From Methanotrichaceae archaeon (lineage in GTDB: Archaea; Halobacteriota; Methanosarcinia; Methanotrichales; Methanotrichaceae): a stretch of DNA of 64,000 nt. Below, in pieces: positions 32,683 to 42,306 of the stretch (positions are counted from its first letter, which is position 1; each line of letters opens with the position of its first letter). The stretch is taken from NCBI GenBank assembly GCA_963754945.1, contig CAVWIG010000018.1:64001-128000 (forward strand), written 5' to 3'. Below the pieces are notes generated by a model, which saw only the letters and a list, made by a program, of their open reading frames with translations, was not told the DNA's origin and did not search any database. The position numbers and the translations under genes are program-made.

Positions 32683-33987
32683 TTACACAGCCTCCGCAAC
32701 CGATACGATCGGCTCACGGAACTCCTTGATCTCGCTGTAGATAGCACCGACCAGACCGGATGTCATCTCGGGGGTGAACATCTGGGTGCCTGCATCAAGT
32801 GCTACTGCTGCAGCCACGCATGGAATGGCAAACCCTCTGGAGTGCCTTGTGACCACGTGGTTGCCGTTGAAGACTCCGGGTCCGCCGCCGCCGTAAATGG
32901 AGTGGCTGAAGAACGAGAACCCGACGGCTGTACCCATTACCCTGCCGAAGTCGCATCCGGGCAGAGCGGTTTCCTTCTCGATTATGTCGTTGAAGTACAG
33001 CAGTGTCGAGGACACAGCCTGCGCGCCTCTCAGGGATCCGCAGTTGACCATTGTTGCAGCCAGCACGCCAGCAGCGCAGTAAGCGTTCCACATGGAGACG
33101 TCGTTTGCCTCGTACATGACGTATCCGGAGGGGAGCTTCTTGCCGGCCTTGATGACCTTGTCCTCTATGGCCTTGGCGACTGTGCTCTGAACTACTGTGC
33201 CTATTGTTCCGGTCTTGCCGTTGGCCTTGACACACTCGTAAACCATGTTGTTGGCGTTCAGGCCCTGGTATGCCAGGCCCAGGAGCTGGTGCCTCTCGAA
33301 TATGCCCATGGCGTTGCCCATCTCCATCTCGCCAATCTGCTCGTAGATCGAAGCCAGAGCAGCGGCGTTCATGGCGTTCCTCTTGGTGATTGCTGCAAGG
33401 TGGTTGGCCATGACGTTCCTGAGAGCAAAGCCCAAACCCTCATCGTTCTGGGGGATGTTGAGAACAGATGCCACGTTTCCGCCGGCCATGCCTACAGTCT
33501 GCGGGTACTCGCCCCAAACAGCGGCGTGAACCATTGGTGCGTCGACCATACCGACCTTGAACTGCTGGACAAGCGCCTCAACTGTGGCAGCTGCCGCACC
33601 AGTCAATCCGACCACGAACTCAGAAGCTGCGTTGAGCCTGGCTGTGGGTATCTGAACCATAAGCTGCTTTCCTCCGCCGAGGACCTTGACGTTGGTGTCG
33701 TCGCCAGCGGTTACTTGCAGTAGAGTCTTTATCTTATCGGCTAGGGAGTTTGCGTTGGCTACAACATCGAACTTGAGCTCGCGTCCCTTTACCTTCCTCT
33801 TGCCTCCGGCAACAGCACCGGTCTTGAGGCCGTTCTCGATTCCGGCCAGGTTAACTGCAACGGTTCGCTTGGTGAGGCCGATGAGCCTCTGCATGGCAGC
33901 GTTCTTGAGTGGGCTGACGGCGCTTAGGTCGACGTCGCTCTTTAAAAGAACACCACGGTCGCTATATAGGTCTATCTTGTCAGACAC
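32683..33987 (-). CDS. mcrB: methyl-coenzyme M reductase beta subunit
   Basis: GTG start behind AGGAGG; SPLKN, GFSFFSHSIYGGGGPG, NHVVTRHS. Confidence 0.99.
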   Translation of the reverse strand: MSDKIDLYSDRGVLLKSDVDLSAVSPLKNAAMQRLIGLTKRTVAVNLAGIENGLKTGAVAGGKRKVKGRELKFDVVANANSLADKIKTLLQVTAGDDTNVKVLGGGKQLMVQIPTARLNAASEFVVGLTGAAAATVEALVQQFKVGMVDAPMVHAAVWGEYPQTVGMAGGNVASVLNIPQNDEGLGFALRNVMANHLAAITKRNAMNAAALASIYEQIGEMEMGNAMGIFERHQLLGLAYQGLNANNMVYECVKANGKTGTIGTVVQSTVAKAIEDKVIKAGKKLPSGYVMYEANDVSMWNAYCAAGVLAATMVNCGSLRGAQAVSSTLLYFNDIIEKETALPGCDFGRVMGTAVGFSFFSHSIYGGGGPGVFNGNHVVTRHSRGFAIPCVAAAVALDAGTQMFTPEMTSGLVGAIYSEIKEFREPIVSVAEAV

Positions 33988-34012
33988 GTTCTTATCCTCC
34001 TTTACCTTTCTT

Positions 34013-34119
34013 GCAGAATAAATTGTAGGGAGCCGATCACTGAAGCGAGAATGATATTGACAGCCCACGCTCTAGGATGTCATATCCAATGCCAGCAATC
34101 CTCTACAATCTCCCGCTGC
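34013..34119 (-). promoter_or_regulatory. structured 5' leader of the mcr operon (long imperfect hairpin)
   Basis: Nested complementary segments between the TATA-like box at 34140-34147 and the mcrB RBS. Confidence 0.55.
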
Positions 34120-34139
34120 CTTCTTGATTGTCTCATATA

Positions 34140-34155
34140 TACTTAAAGTTTTTGC
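34140..34155 (-). promoter_or_regulatory. BRE/TATA box of mcrBDGA
   Basis: Minus strand GCAAAAAC-TTTAAGTA. Confidence 0.55.
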
Positions 34156-34726
34156 GTGTATAATTATTACATAATTAAAAATAGAAAAGAGTATCTGCTG
34201 GGGCCATAAATAACAAATTTCTTTTTTTAAATCGATTTTGTTGAAATTGTGCGTCTTTAATTGGGTCGTTAACTTGCTTCTTCATCTTATTTAAACTATT
34301 TGAACTTCGGGCTTCGCTTTAGGGCCGGAGCCCGTACGTCAAACCTAAACATGCAAGAAATTTGTAAATTATATGATAAATCATTAATTATAATGGGTGG
34401 CATTGACATTAATCTACTGCAACATATATATATCCGAATTTAATTATTGCTTGCCGTGCGCGGATGAGTGAGTGCCGCAATATTGCTGTGAAAGAGGATA
34501 TCTGTGTAGGGCCAATCGATTCACAGTCTTGTACAGTTTTTCTTACACACTAATTATCGATACGTCTGACAACGCTGAAATATAGAGCTTTCTGATGCAA
34601 GACGAAATCTCCACGACAAAGGCAAATGAGGTCCGCAGCAGGATGAGCCTGACGGGATATCGATCGGGTCCTGGCGTGCAATCCGGAGAAAAACTTTATA
34701 TCACTGCAGGAGCTGGCTGAGACGGA

Positions 34727-36931
34727 ATGCATCTCATTATCGCAGAGAAGCACGACGCTGCAAAGAGGATCGCCCAGATCCTGGCAGGATCAAAGCCTAA
34801 ATCCACCCGTGTGAGCGGCGCTGAGACCTTCTCCTTCGATGACAGGGTGGTCATCGGCCTTAGTGGACACATCGTTGGAGTGGATTATCCACCAGGTTAT
34901 AACAACTGGCAGAAAGTGGACTGCAAGGATCTCATTCATGCAGAGATCGTGACCACGCCGATCCAGGAGAAGATCATCTCTGCGTTAAAGAAGCTCGGAA
35001 AAGATGCAGATCGTATCACCATAGCCACGGACTACGACCGGGAAGGCGAGCTGATCGGTGTGGAGTCCCTCAAAATCGCTACCGAGAAGAATCCCACGAT
35101 AAGGGTAGACCGCGTCCGCTACAGCGCTATCACAAAAGAAGAGATCCAGAGCGCCTTCGAGAATCCGGGTGAGGTGGATTACGATCTGGCCTCCTCCGGG
35201 GAGGCCAGGCAGATCATAGACCTGGTTTGGGGGGCAGTCCTGACCAGATTCATCTCCAAGACCTCAGGACGGCTAGGCAAGGAGTTTCTCTCGGTAGGCC
35301 GGGTCCAGTCGCCCACTCTGGCGCTCATAGTGGACAGAGAGAAGGAGATAGAGGCCTTCAAGCCCGAGCCGTACTGGGAGATATACGCAGACCTGGAAAA
35401 GGAGTTGTGGGTCCACCACGCTAAGGGCAAGATCTGGGACAAAGCCGAGGTGGACCAAATTGTAGCGAACCTTGGCCCAGAGGCCACTGTAAAGTCCATA
35501 GAGAAGAAGCCCAGGTACGACAAACCTCCGACCCCATTCGACACTACCAGCTTTATCAGCGCCGCCAGCGCAATCGGCTTCTCTGCGGCCAACGCCATGA
35601 GGATCGCAGAATGGCTCTATACTAATGGTTTCATCTCCTACCCCAGAACCGACAATACCGTCTATCCGCCTTCCATTGACCTGAAGTCCTTGGTGTCCAT
35701 GTTCACAAAGGGCGTTTTTGCCCAAGATGCCCAAAGGTTGCTCAAAGGAAAGATGGTGCCGTCAAGGGGCAAGCGGTCCACTACGGACCACCCGCCTATC
35801 TATCCAACTGCCTCGGTCGATAAGAATGAACTGAAGGAAGAGCAGTGGAGGATATACGAGCTGGTGGTGCGCCGGTTCTTCGCAACCCTTGCTGAGCAGT
35901 CCTCCTGGGAGGTCTCCAATCTGTCGGTCGATATAGGGAAAGAGCCCTTCCGGGCCAACGGAGCCAGGTTGATCGAGGCCGGATGGAGAGCTTACTACCC
36001 CTACAGCAAATCGGAGGAGAATATCCTTCCAGAGCTAAAAGAGGGCGAGCGTCTGAATGTTTTAGGGCACGAGGTGGCCTCCAAGGAGACCCAGCCCCCT
36101 GCTCGCTACGGCCAGGGAAGGCTGATCAAGCTCATGGATGAGCTTGGCCTTGGGACTAAATCGACGCGTCACGATATCATAAGCAAATTGTACGCTCGTG
36201 CGTATGTACACGGCAACCCAATGAAACCCACGAACACCGCCTACGCCGTTGTTGACACCCTGGAGAAGTACGCCTCCGCCATAACCAAACCGGAGATGAC
36301 CCAGACCCTTGAGAAGGACATGACCAACATCTCCGAGAGGAAGATCAAGGAGACAGAAGTCATTGACGAGTCCAGGGAGATGCTTACATCAATCTTCAGA
36401 GACCTTGAAGAGAACGAAGAGGTGATAGGCACATCTCTGCGAGAGGGCCTCCGAACCGACAAGATCGTGGGGAAGTGCGAGAAGTGCGGCTCCGAGCTGA
36501 TTATCCGGAGAGGTCGACGCGGGTCCAGGTTCATCGGGTGCTCAGGGTACCCCAATTGCAAGTTCACCCTGCCTCTTCCCAGGTTTGGAACTCTGCTCGT
36601 CACGGACAAGGAGTGCGATATGCACCACATGAACCATGTCAGGATAATCAACAAGGGAAAGAGGCCCTGGGATCTGGGCTGCCCCCACTGCAACTTCCTG
36701 GAGTGGCAAGCCAAGAAAGCTCAGGAACCCAAACCCATCAACGACGGTTTAACAAACATTCAGGGGATCGGCCCCAAGACCCTGGAGAAGCTGACGGCAG
36801 CGGGGATAAAGACAACGCAAGACCTGTTAGCGGCAGAAGTCGAAAGCCTGGTAGAGAAGACTGGGTTGAGCCAAAAGAAGATCATAGCTTGGCAGAGCGC
36901 TGCTAAAGCGTTTACCGCTCCCAGCTGTTAG
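34727..36931 (+). CDS. topA: DNA topoisomerase I (type IA)
   Basis: IIAEK, ATDYDREGE, SVGRVQSP, ISYPRTD, C-terminal Zn ribbons and HhH. Confidence 0.96.
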   Translation: MHLIIAEKHDAAKRIAQILAGSKPKSTRVSGAETFSFDDRVVIGLSGHIVGVDYPPGYNNWQKVDCKDLIHAEIVTTPIQEKIISALKKLGKDADRITIATDYDREGELIGVESLKIATEKNPTIRVDRVRYSAITKEEIQSAFENPGEVDYDLASSGEARQIIDLVWGAVLTRFISKTSGRLGKEFLSVGRVQSPTLALIVDREKEIEAFKPEPYWEIYADLEKELWVHHAKGKIWDKAEVDQIVANLGPEATVKSIEKKPRYDKPPTPFDTTSFISAASAIGFSAANAMRIAEWLYTNGFISYPRTDNTVYPPSIDLKSLVSMFTKGVFAQDAQRLLKGKMVPSRGKRSTTDHPPIYPTASVDKNELKEEQWRIYELVVRRFFATLAEQSSWEVSNLSVDIGKEPFRANGARLIEAGWRAYYPYSKSEENILPELKEGERLNVLGHEVASKETQPPARYGQGRLIKLMDELGLGTKSTRHDIISKLYARAYVHGNPMKPTNTAYAVVDTLEKYASAITKPEMTQTLEKDMTNISERKIKETEVIDESREMLTSIFRDLEENEEVIGTSLREGLRTDKIVGKCEKCGSELIIRRGRRGSRFIGCSGYPNCKFTLPLPRFGTLLVTDKECDMHHMNHVRIINKGKRPWDLGCPHCNFLEWQAKKAQEPKPINDGLTNIQGIGPKTLEKLTAAGIKTTQDLLAAEVESLVEKTGLSQKKIIAWQSAAKAFTAPSC

Positions 36932-36937
36932 TCTATA

Positions 36938-36960
36938 ATTTTTTTTGTTATTTTATTTAT
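36938..36960 (+). terminator. oligo-T terminator after topA
   Basis: T-tracts directly after the stop codon. Confidence 0.5.
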
Positions 36961-37048
36961 CGCAATACCTTATTATAGTTCTGCTGCGCGACGCGCAGCA
37001 GCTCGTTTGGCGTTGTTTGATGAGAATCTACTCTGCTTTATAGCAGCA

Positions 37049-37122
37049 TGGGCCTGGCCGGATTTGAACCGGCGGCCACTCGGTTATGAGCCGAGCGCTC
37101 TACCGGACTAAGCTACAGGCCC
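37049..37122 (-). tRNA. tRNA with CAU anticodon, probably tRNA-Ile2
   Basis: Cloverleaf GGGCCTG..CTCGG-CT-CAT-AA-CCGAG..TTCAAAT..CAGGCCCA; GGGCC acceptor typical of archaeal Ile tRNAs. Confidence 0.88.
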
Positions 37123-37137
37123 AAAAGCGTGATAAGG

Positions 37138-37232
37138 CGCCGCCAACAGGGCTCGAACCTGTGACATTCTGGTAACTGCTTCCCTATCTAGGGTTTAACA
37201 GCCAGACACTCTACCAACTGAGTTATGGCGGC
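37138..37232 (-). tRNA. tRNA-Asn(GUU) with 22-nt intron (37174-37195)
   Basis: Cloverleaf, GTT anticodon, bulge-helix-bulge at position 37/38. Confidence 0.92.
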
Positions 37233-37277
37233 CCGAACCCATCCCTTAACACACAATGATTTAAGCCTTTTGATTAG

Positions 37278-38330
37278 ATGCTCCTTATGCGCGTCCTGAA
37301 GAAGAATCTGCGGGGAGACGACGGAGAGATCACGCTCCTTACTGAATCCCTGGACGACCTCTGGCACCTCAAGCACCTGATCGAGCGGGGTAACCTGGTT
37401 TTCGCTCTCACTCACCGAAAGGTAGCCTCCATAGCAGATAAGGCCAGACCGGAGAAGATGGAGAAGAGGCCGGTGCGCCTGGGTATCAGCGTCGAGGATG
37501 TGGAGTTCCACATGTACTCCAACTGGCTCCGGCTGCACGGGGTGATAAAGTCCGGGATCGACATCGGCTCCTACCACACCCTGAACATCGAGGTTGGAAC
37601 CGACCTTTCCATAATCAAGCGTTGGAGGCCTGACCAGCTCCAGCGCATCGAAGAGGCGGTCGCTGAGTCGATGAGGCCCAGGGTGGTCATGGCCCTTATC
37701 GAGGAAGGCGAGGCAACCCTCGGTGTTCTGAGACAGTTCGGGGTGCAGACTGTGTTCGAGCTTCGCGCTGGCAGCAGTAAGGGCTCCGGAGAGGACACGC
37801 GCGGTAGGTTCCTGAAAGAGTTTGCCGGTGAGATCTCACGAGTGGCAGGTGCAGACGCTCAGGTCATCGTCGCCGGACCCGGGTTCGTCAAGGAGGATCT
37901 GAAGAAGGTTATAGAAACCGAATATCCCGACCTGGCAAAGCGGGTCACCATGGACGACGCTTCCTCAATTGGTATGTCCGGGTTTCAGGAGGTGCTTCGT
38001 CGCGGCGCAGTGGGCCGGGTTCTCGAGGACAGCCGCGTGGCGCAGGAGACAAAGCTCATTGACGACCTTTTCAGGGAAATAGCCAAAGATGGAAAGGCAG
38101 CCTACGGGCTGAAAGAGGTGCATAGTGCCATCGAATACGGGGCGGTAGAGCATCTGCTGGTCCTAGACGAGCTGGCCAGGCGGAGAGAGATGGACCACCT
38201 CATGCGTGAAGTGTCCAACGCCCGCGGAAAGGTGGTGGTCTTCAGCTCTGAGTTTGAGCCCGGAGACAGGCTCCGCTCTTTGGGAGGTGTGGCTGCTCTC
38301 TTGCGCTTCAAGATAACCGGCGGTGCATAG
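37278..38330 (+). CDS. pelA: mRNA surveillance protein Pelota
   Basis: DDLWHL, YHTLNI, AGPGF, AAYG, LGGVAALLRF. Confidence 0.95.
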   Translation: MLLMRVLKKNLRGDDGEITLLTESLDDLWHLKHLIERGNLVFALTHRKVASIADKARPEKMEKRPVRLGISVEDVEFHMYSNWLRLHGVIKSGIDIGSYHTLNIEVGTDLSIIKRWRPDQLQRIEEAVAESMRPRVVMALIEEGEATLGVLRQFGVQTVFELRAGSSKGSGEDTRGRFLKEFAGEISRVAGADAQVIVAGPGFVKEDLKKVIETEYPDLAKRVTMDDASSIGMSGFQEVLRRGAVGRVLEDSRVAQETKLIDDLFREIAKDGKAAYGLKEVHSAIEYGAVEHLLVLDELARRREMDHLMREVSNARGKVVVFSSEFEPGDRLRSLGGVAALLRFKITGGA

Positions 38331-38362
38331 ACTAATATTCTAAACGAGTGGGGAATGCCTGA

Positions 38363-39175
38363 ATGACCAGATGCGACAAGTGCAACGCCCGAGCCGTAAT
38401 CTTTCAGAGGTACTCCGGCATGCACCTATGCCAGAGCCACTTTGATGATGACGTCCACCGCAAAGTTCGCGAGGCCCTGCGCGAGACTGGGATCTTCGGC
38501 AAAGGCGCGAAGCTCGCCATAGACCTTGATGGAGGCAAGAACAGCTCCGCCATGCTTTACATCCTGAAGGACCTGTTCTCCAGAAGAAGGGACATCGAGA
38601 TGGTTGCAGTCCTGGTGGACGAGGGGATATCCGGCTACAGATCAAAGACGCTTGCAAACGCTCTGTCTCTGGCCGAGCGGCTGGAGATACAGCACATCAC
38701 CAAGAGCTTCAAGGATGCATACCAGGCTACAACGGACGAAATTGCCTCTAAAAACTGTTCGGGGCCGCCGTGCGTTTTCTGCCGGGACATGAAGAGGGGC
38801 GTCTTGAACAGGTCCTCCATGGAGCTAGAAGCCGATGTCCTGGTCACCGGCGACACCCTTGACAGCGAGGCTCAGACCATTATGCAGAGCTATCTTCAGG
38901 GAGAGGTCTTTCGGATTTTCACGCTTCAGCAGCAATACCGCTTTCAGGGAATGGTGCCCGTAATCAAACCCCTGAGAAGGGTGCCGGAGAGGGAGGTCGC
39001 GCTTTACGCGGTGACTCATGGTCTGTCTCCCTCCTACTCTCATCCATGCCCCTACCTGGGAGATCCATTGAGACAAGAGGTCAAGAAAGGCCTCGACGAC
39101 TTTGAAGGAAAACATCCCGGGACGAAATACTCCCTGCTACGCAGCATGGAGCGACTGATCCAGCTTAATCCGTAG
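38363..39175 (+). CDS. TtuA/NcsA (TIGR00269)-like protein with degenerate PP-loop
   Basis: CDKC..HLCQSH Zn finger, VDEGISGY, PCVFC, IKPL, CPY; SGGKDS altered to DGGKNS. Confidence 0.8.
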   Translation: MTRCDKCNARAVIFQRYSGMHLCQSHFDDDVHRKVREALRETGIFGKGAKLAIDLDGGKNSSAMLYILKDLFSRRRDIEMVAVLVDEGISGYRSKTLANALSLAERLEIQHITKSFKDAYQATTDEIASKNCSGPPCVFCRDMKRGVLNRSSMELEADVLVTGDTLDSEAQTIMQSYLQGEVFRIFTLQQQYRFQGMVPVIKPLRRVPEREVALYAVTHGLSPSYSHPCPYLGDPLRQEVKKGLDDFEGKHPGTKYSLLRSMERLIQLNP

Positions 39176-39276
39176 TCTTCTGAAGTGTCGTGAATTGAAG
39201 CCCCATGAGTTGGTGGTCTTTTTTAAGGCGTCAGGGCAAAGCCTTTAAGTGGAGACGGAGATTATTTGCGGGGTGC

Positions 39277-39350
39277 GCCTCGGTAGCTCAGCTGGCAAGA
39301 GCGATTGACTTGTAATCAATAGGTCGCGTGTTCGAATCACGCCCGGGGCT
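39277..39350 (+). tRNA. tRNA-Thr(UGU)
   Basis: Cloverleaf GCCTCGG..ATTGA-CT-TGT-AA-TCAAT..TTCGAAT..CCGGGGC. Confidence 0.95.
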
Positions 39351-39379
39351 TGAGGTTTAAGCCGAATTGGAGAAGCGCT

Positions 39380-39799
39380 GTGAACAAGTTATTGATATAT
39401 TTCCTGGTCATAACTCTTGCTTTCTTGGTTTTAGCGGGCCCGATCGCAACAGCCAAGGATTCGACTGAGGAGCTGGATGCGATGCTCTCAGGAGACCATG
39501 GCAGCCGCGAGATATACCAGCTCTCCGGTGGGCAAGTCAGGCCAATCCAGCCCAATATCACAACAGGCGCGTTGTACAGTGTTCCCTACCAGGATTACTT
39601 CAAGAACTTCGCCATCTTTGGCGATTTCCTGGGACTGTTCGAGGACGGAAATCTGACACCTCCACAGATGAACAGCTCGTGGACAAAAACGTACCTAGAC
39701 AGCATTGCGGCGACAGCTCCGAGCGCAAAGGGCAGGATGACCCAGGACGGGGGGCTTCACGTCCTTAAGCCGCTGCTGATAAACGAGCCGCAGTTCTGA
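39380..39799 (+). CDS. secreted hypothetical protein
   Basis: GTG start, signal peptide NKLLIYFLVITLAFLVLAGPIATA. Confidence 0.6.
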   Translation: MNKLLIYFLVITLAFLVLAGPIATAKDSTEELDAMLSGDHGSREIYQLSGGQVRPIQPNITTGALYSVPYQDYFKNFAIFGDFLGLFEDGNLTPPQMNSSWTKTYLDSIAATAPSAKGRMTQDGGLHVLKPLLINEPQF

Positions 39800-39916
39800 T
39801 CAGAGCCTTCTGTTCCTTTTTATGTCCAGCCTCGTTTTGCATCTCGGGCAGGCCTTGGGCTTGGCCACCCTAGTCTCCCAGCGGTAACCACACTTAGCGC
39901 ACTTCGTCTGTCTCAT
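39800..39916 (-). CDS. 38-aa zinc-finger microprotein (not in ORF track)
   Basis: MRQTKCAKCGYRWETRVAKPKACPRCKTRLDIKRNRRL. Confidence 0.7.
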   Translation of the reverse strand: MRQTKCAKCGYRWETRVAKPKACPRCKTRLDIKRNRRL

Positions 39917-40025
39917 ACATCCACGGTTGTAATAAGAGTATTAATAACTTTCCATTGATATGAATATGTTTTGCAAATCCAAGGGCAAAGCCTAAAATAA
40001 AGGGCTACAGCAATTAGGTGATTCT

Positions 40026-40505
40026 ATGAGCGAGATTCTGGAGATCCTTTCTGAGAACGCCAGGGCCACTCCTGCGGAGATTGCGACCCTCCTAGGGCTA
40101 TCCGAGGAGGACGTAGCCCGCGAGATAAAAGGTCTGGAGGACTCCGGCGTCATTAAGAAATACATCACCCTGATAAACTGGGAGAAGTTGGAGGACGAGT
40201 ATGTATTCGCTGTGATAGAGCTGAAGGTGTCCCTGCAGCGCAAAACCGGTTACGACTCTGTAGCAGAAAGGATCGCCAGGTTCTCAGAGGTAGATTCGGT
40301 CAGGCTCATCTCCGGAGATCACGACCTCCAGATAACTGTGAGAGGAAAGTCCATGAAAGATGTGGCATTCTTCGTGGCTGAGAAGATCGCGACCTTGGAA
40401 GGGGTTCAATCGACCTGCACCCATTTCATACTGAAGACCTATAAAGAGCACGGAGTAATACTCACAGATAGGCCAAAGCCAAAGAGGTTGGTGGTCACCC
40501 CATGA
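40026..40505 (+). CDS. Lrp/AsnC family regulator
   Basis: N-terminal HTH (NARAT..EIA), RAM domain ISGDHDL. Confidence 0.92.
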   Translation: MSEILEILSENARATPAEIATLLGLSEEDVAREIKGLEDSGVIKKYITLINWEKLEDEYVFAVIELKVSLQRKTGYDSVAERIARFSEVDSVRLISGDHDLQITVRGKSMKDVAFFVAEKIATLEGVQSTCTHFILKTYKEHGVILTDRPKPKRLVVTP

Positions 40506-41695
40506 GGCAGCACCAGAAAGAGATTCATGCCTTCAATCCCGAGTCCCACGTCGCATCGACAGTCAAAGCCATGCCTCCTTCAGGGATCAGGAAGTTCTTC
40601 GACCTCGTCAACGAGATGGAGGGAGCAATCTCCTTGGGGGTGGGCGAGCCGGACTTCGTGACTCCATGGCACATCAGAGAGGCGTGCATATACTCCCTTG
40701 AGTCCGGCATGACCTCGTACACCTCCAATAAAGGGATGCCCGAGCTTCGTGATCGCATCTCCGAGGAGATGAAGAGGGAAGAAGGCCTAGAGTACGATCC
40801 GGCCGAGGAGATACTCATAACCACAGGAGTAAGCGAGGCGGTGGACCTCGCCTTCCGGGCGACCCTCAACCCCGGCGATGAGGTAATAGTTCCCGAGCCC
40901 TGCTATGTGGCCTACGTTCCGGACATCGCCCTCGCGGGGGGCGTTCCGGTTACAGTGCCAACAAAGCCTTCCGACCAGTTTAAGGTCCGACCGGAGGAGA
41001 TCTCTCGAGCCTTGACAAGGCGTTCCAAGGCACTAATGCTCAGCTATCCAAACAACCCCACGGGGGCCGTCATGAGCAGAGAGGACTTGGAGGAGCTTGC
41101 CGATGTTGTAGTAGAGAACGACCTGATGGTAGTATCCGATGAGGTGTACGGTAAATTAACATACTCTGGCAGGCACGTCAGCTTTTCCCAGCTTGAAGGG
41201 ATGCAGGATCGGACCATCGTCCTCAATGGGCTTTCCAAATCCCATGCCATGACGGGATGGAGGATCGGCTTTGCGCTTGGTAATTCCGCCCTCGTCTCGG
41301 CAATGACAAAGGTTCACCAGTACACCATGCTGTGTGCACCCGTCATGGCCCAGGTGGCAGCTCTAGAAGCCCTGCAGAGGGGAGAGGACGGAATGCTTGC
41401 GATGAAGCACGAGTATGACCTGCGTCGCAGGCTGTTCGTCTCAGGGCTGAACCGAATCGGCCTGGACTGTTTCGAGCCCCAGGGAGCCTTCTACGCCTTC
41501 CCATCAGTGAAGGATACTGGTCTTACATCTGAGGAATTTGCCGAGCAGCTACTGAAAAAGCACAAGGTGGCTGTGGTCCCGGGTAATGTTTTTGGCGCCA
41601 GCGGCGAAGGGTTTCTCAGGTGCTCCTATGCAACATCCAGGGAGGAGCTGATCGAGGCGCTGGATCGAATGGAGACCTTCCTGAAAGGTCTTTAA
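40502..41695 (+). CDS. PLP-dependent class I/II aminotransferase
   Basis: GEPDF, PNNPTG, SDEVY, SKSHAMTGWRIG. Confidence 0.93.
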   Translation: MRQHQKEIHAFNPESHVASTVKAMPPSGIRKFFDLVNEMEGAISLGVGEPDFVTPWHIREACIYSLESGMTSYTSNKGMPELRDRISEEMKREEGLEYDPAEEILITTGVSEAVDLAFRATLNPGDEVIVPEPCYVAYVPDIALAGGVPVTVPTKPSDQFKVRPEEISRALTRRSKALMLSYPNNPTGAVMSREDLEELADVVVENDLMVVSDEVYGKLTYSGRHVSFSQLEGMQDRTIVLNGLSKSHAMTGWRIGFALGNSALVSAMTKVHQYTMLCAPVMAQVAALEALQRGEDGMLAMKHEYDLRRRLFVSGLNRIGLDCFEPQGAFYAFPSVKDTGLTSEEFAEQLLKKHKVAVVPGNVFGASGEGFLRCSYATSREELIEALDRMETFLKGL

Positions 41696-41697
41696 AT

Positions 41698-42306
41698 ATG
41701 CTGAAATCCCGTCTGCCGACGGAACGAACCGACAGGGTGCTGTGCTGGTTCTCCAGGCTGGGCTTGGGCCCCAACCATTGGACAATGCTGTCTATGGTGC
41801 CAGCTTCTGCCGGCTTTCTGGCTCTAGCCAGCCATCGGCTGGCCGCGGGCCTCGTTTTATTTGCGGCCTCCGGGTTCATCGATATGGTGGACGGTGCTGT
41901 GGCAAGAGCCACCAACAGCTCAACCGCCTCGGGAGCTTTTATCGATGGTGTCCTGGACAGATATGTAGAACTTTTTCTATGTCTCGGGCTGACGCTCTAC
42001 CTTGGTCCCAAAGTCTTCCTACTTCTCCCCGTTTCATTCTGGATAGTCCTGATGATCTTTGGTTCGATCATGACAAGCTTTGTTCGGGCCTATGCTGATC
42101 ACAGGGGAGTGGTGAAGGACCCACTTCTCCAGAAGAGGATGGGAGGACTTCTGGAGAGAGCGGAGCGGCTCATGGTACTGTACATAGGAATGCTCCTGGG
42201 CATCTTCGACGTGAGCTGGCTTTTGTGGGCTGTCACCGTGGTGGCAGTCCTGTCCAATGTCACAGCTGTGCAGAGGATCATCTTCACCGTCCGCCACGGT
42301 AGATAG
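41698..42306 (+). CDS. CDP-alcohol phosphatidyltransferase
   Basis: DMVDGAVAR..G...DGVLD motif. Confidence 0.9.
   Translation: MLKSRLPTERTDRVLCWFSRLGLGPNHWTMLSMVPASAGFLALASHRLAAGLVLFAASGFIDMVDGAVARATNSSTASGAFIDGVLDRYVELFLCLGLTLYLGPKVFLLLPVSFWIVLMIFGSIMTSFVRAYADHRGVVKDPLLQKRMGGLLERAERLMVLYIGMLLGIFDVSWLLWAVTVVAVLSNVTAVQRIIFTVRHGR

Noticed and set aside
29835-34021. Long opposite-strand ORFs over the mcr genes
   Set aside because: Codon-bias shadows of highly expressed genes; no motifs
33988-34068. N-terminal extension of McrB
   Set aside because: A strong AGGAGG precedes GTG at 33987, which gives the conserved SDKIDLY start
34595-34655. Possible C/D-box sRNA upstream of topA
   Set aside because: Boxes are degenerate and I could not match a guide to an rRNA/tRNA target
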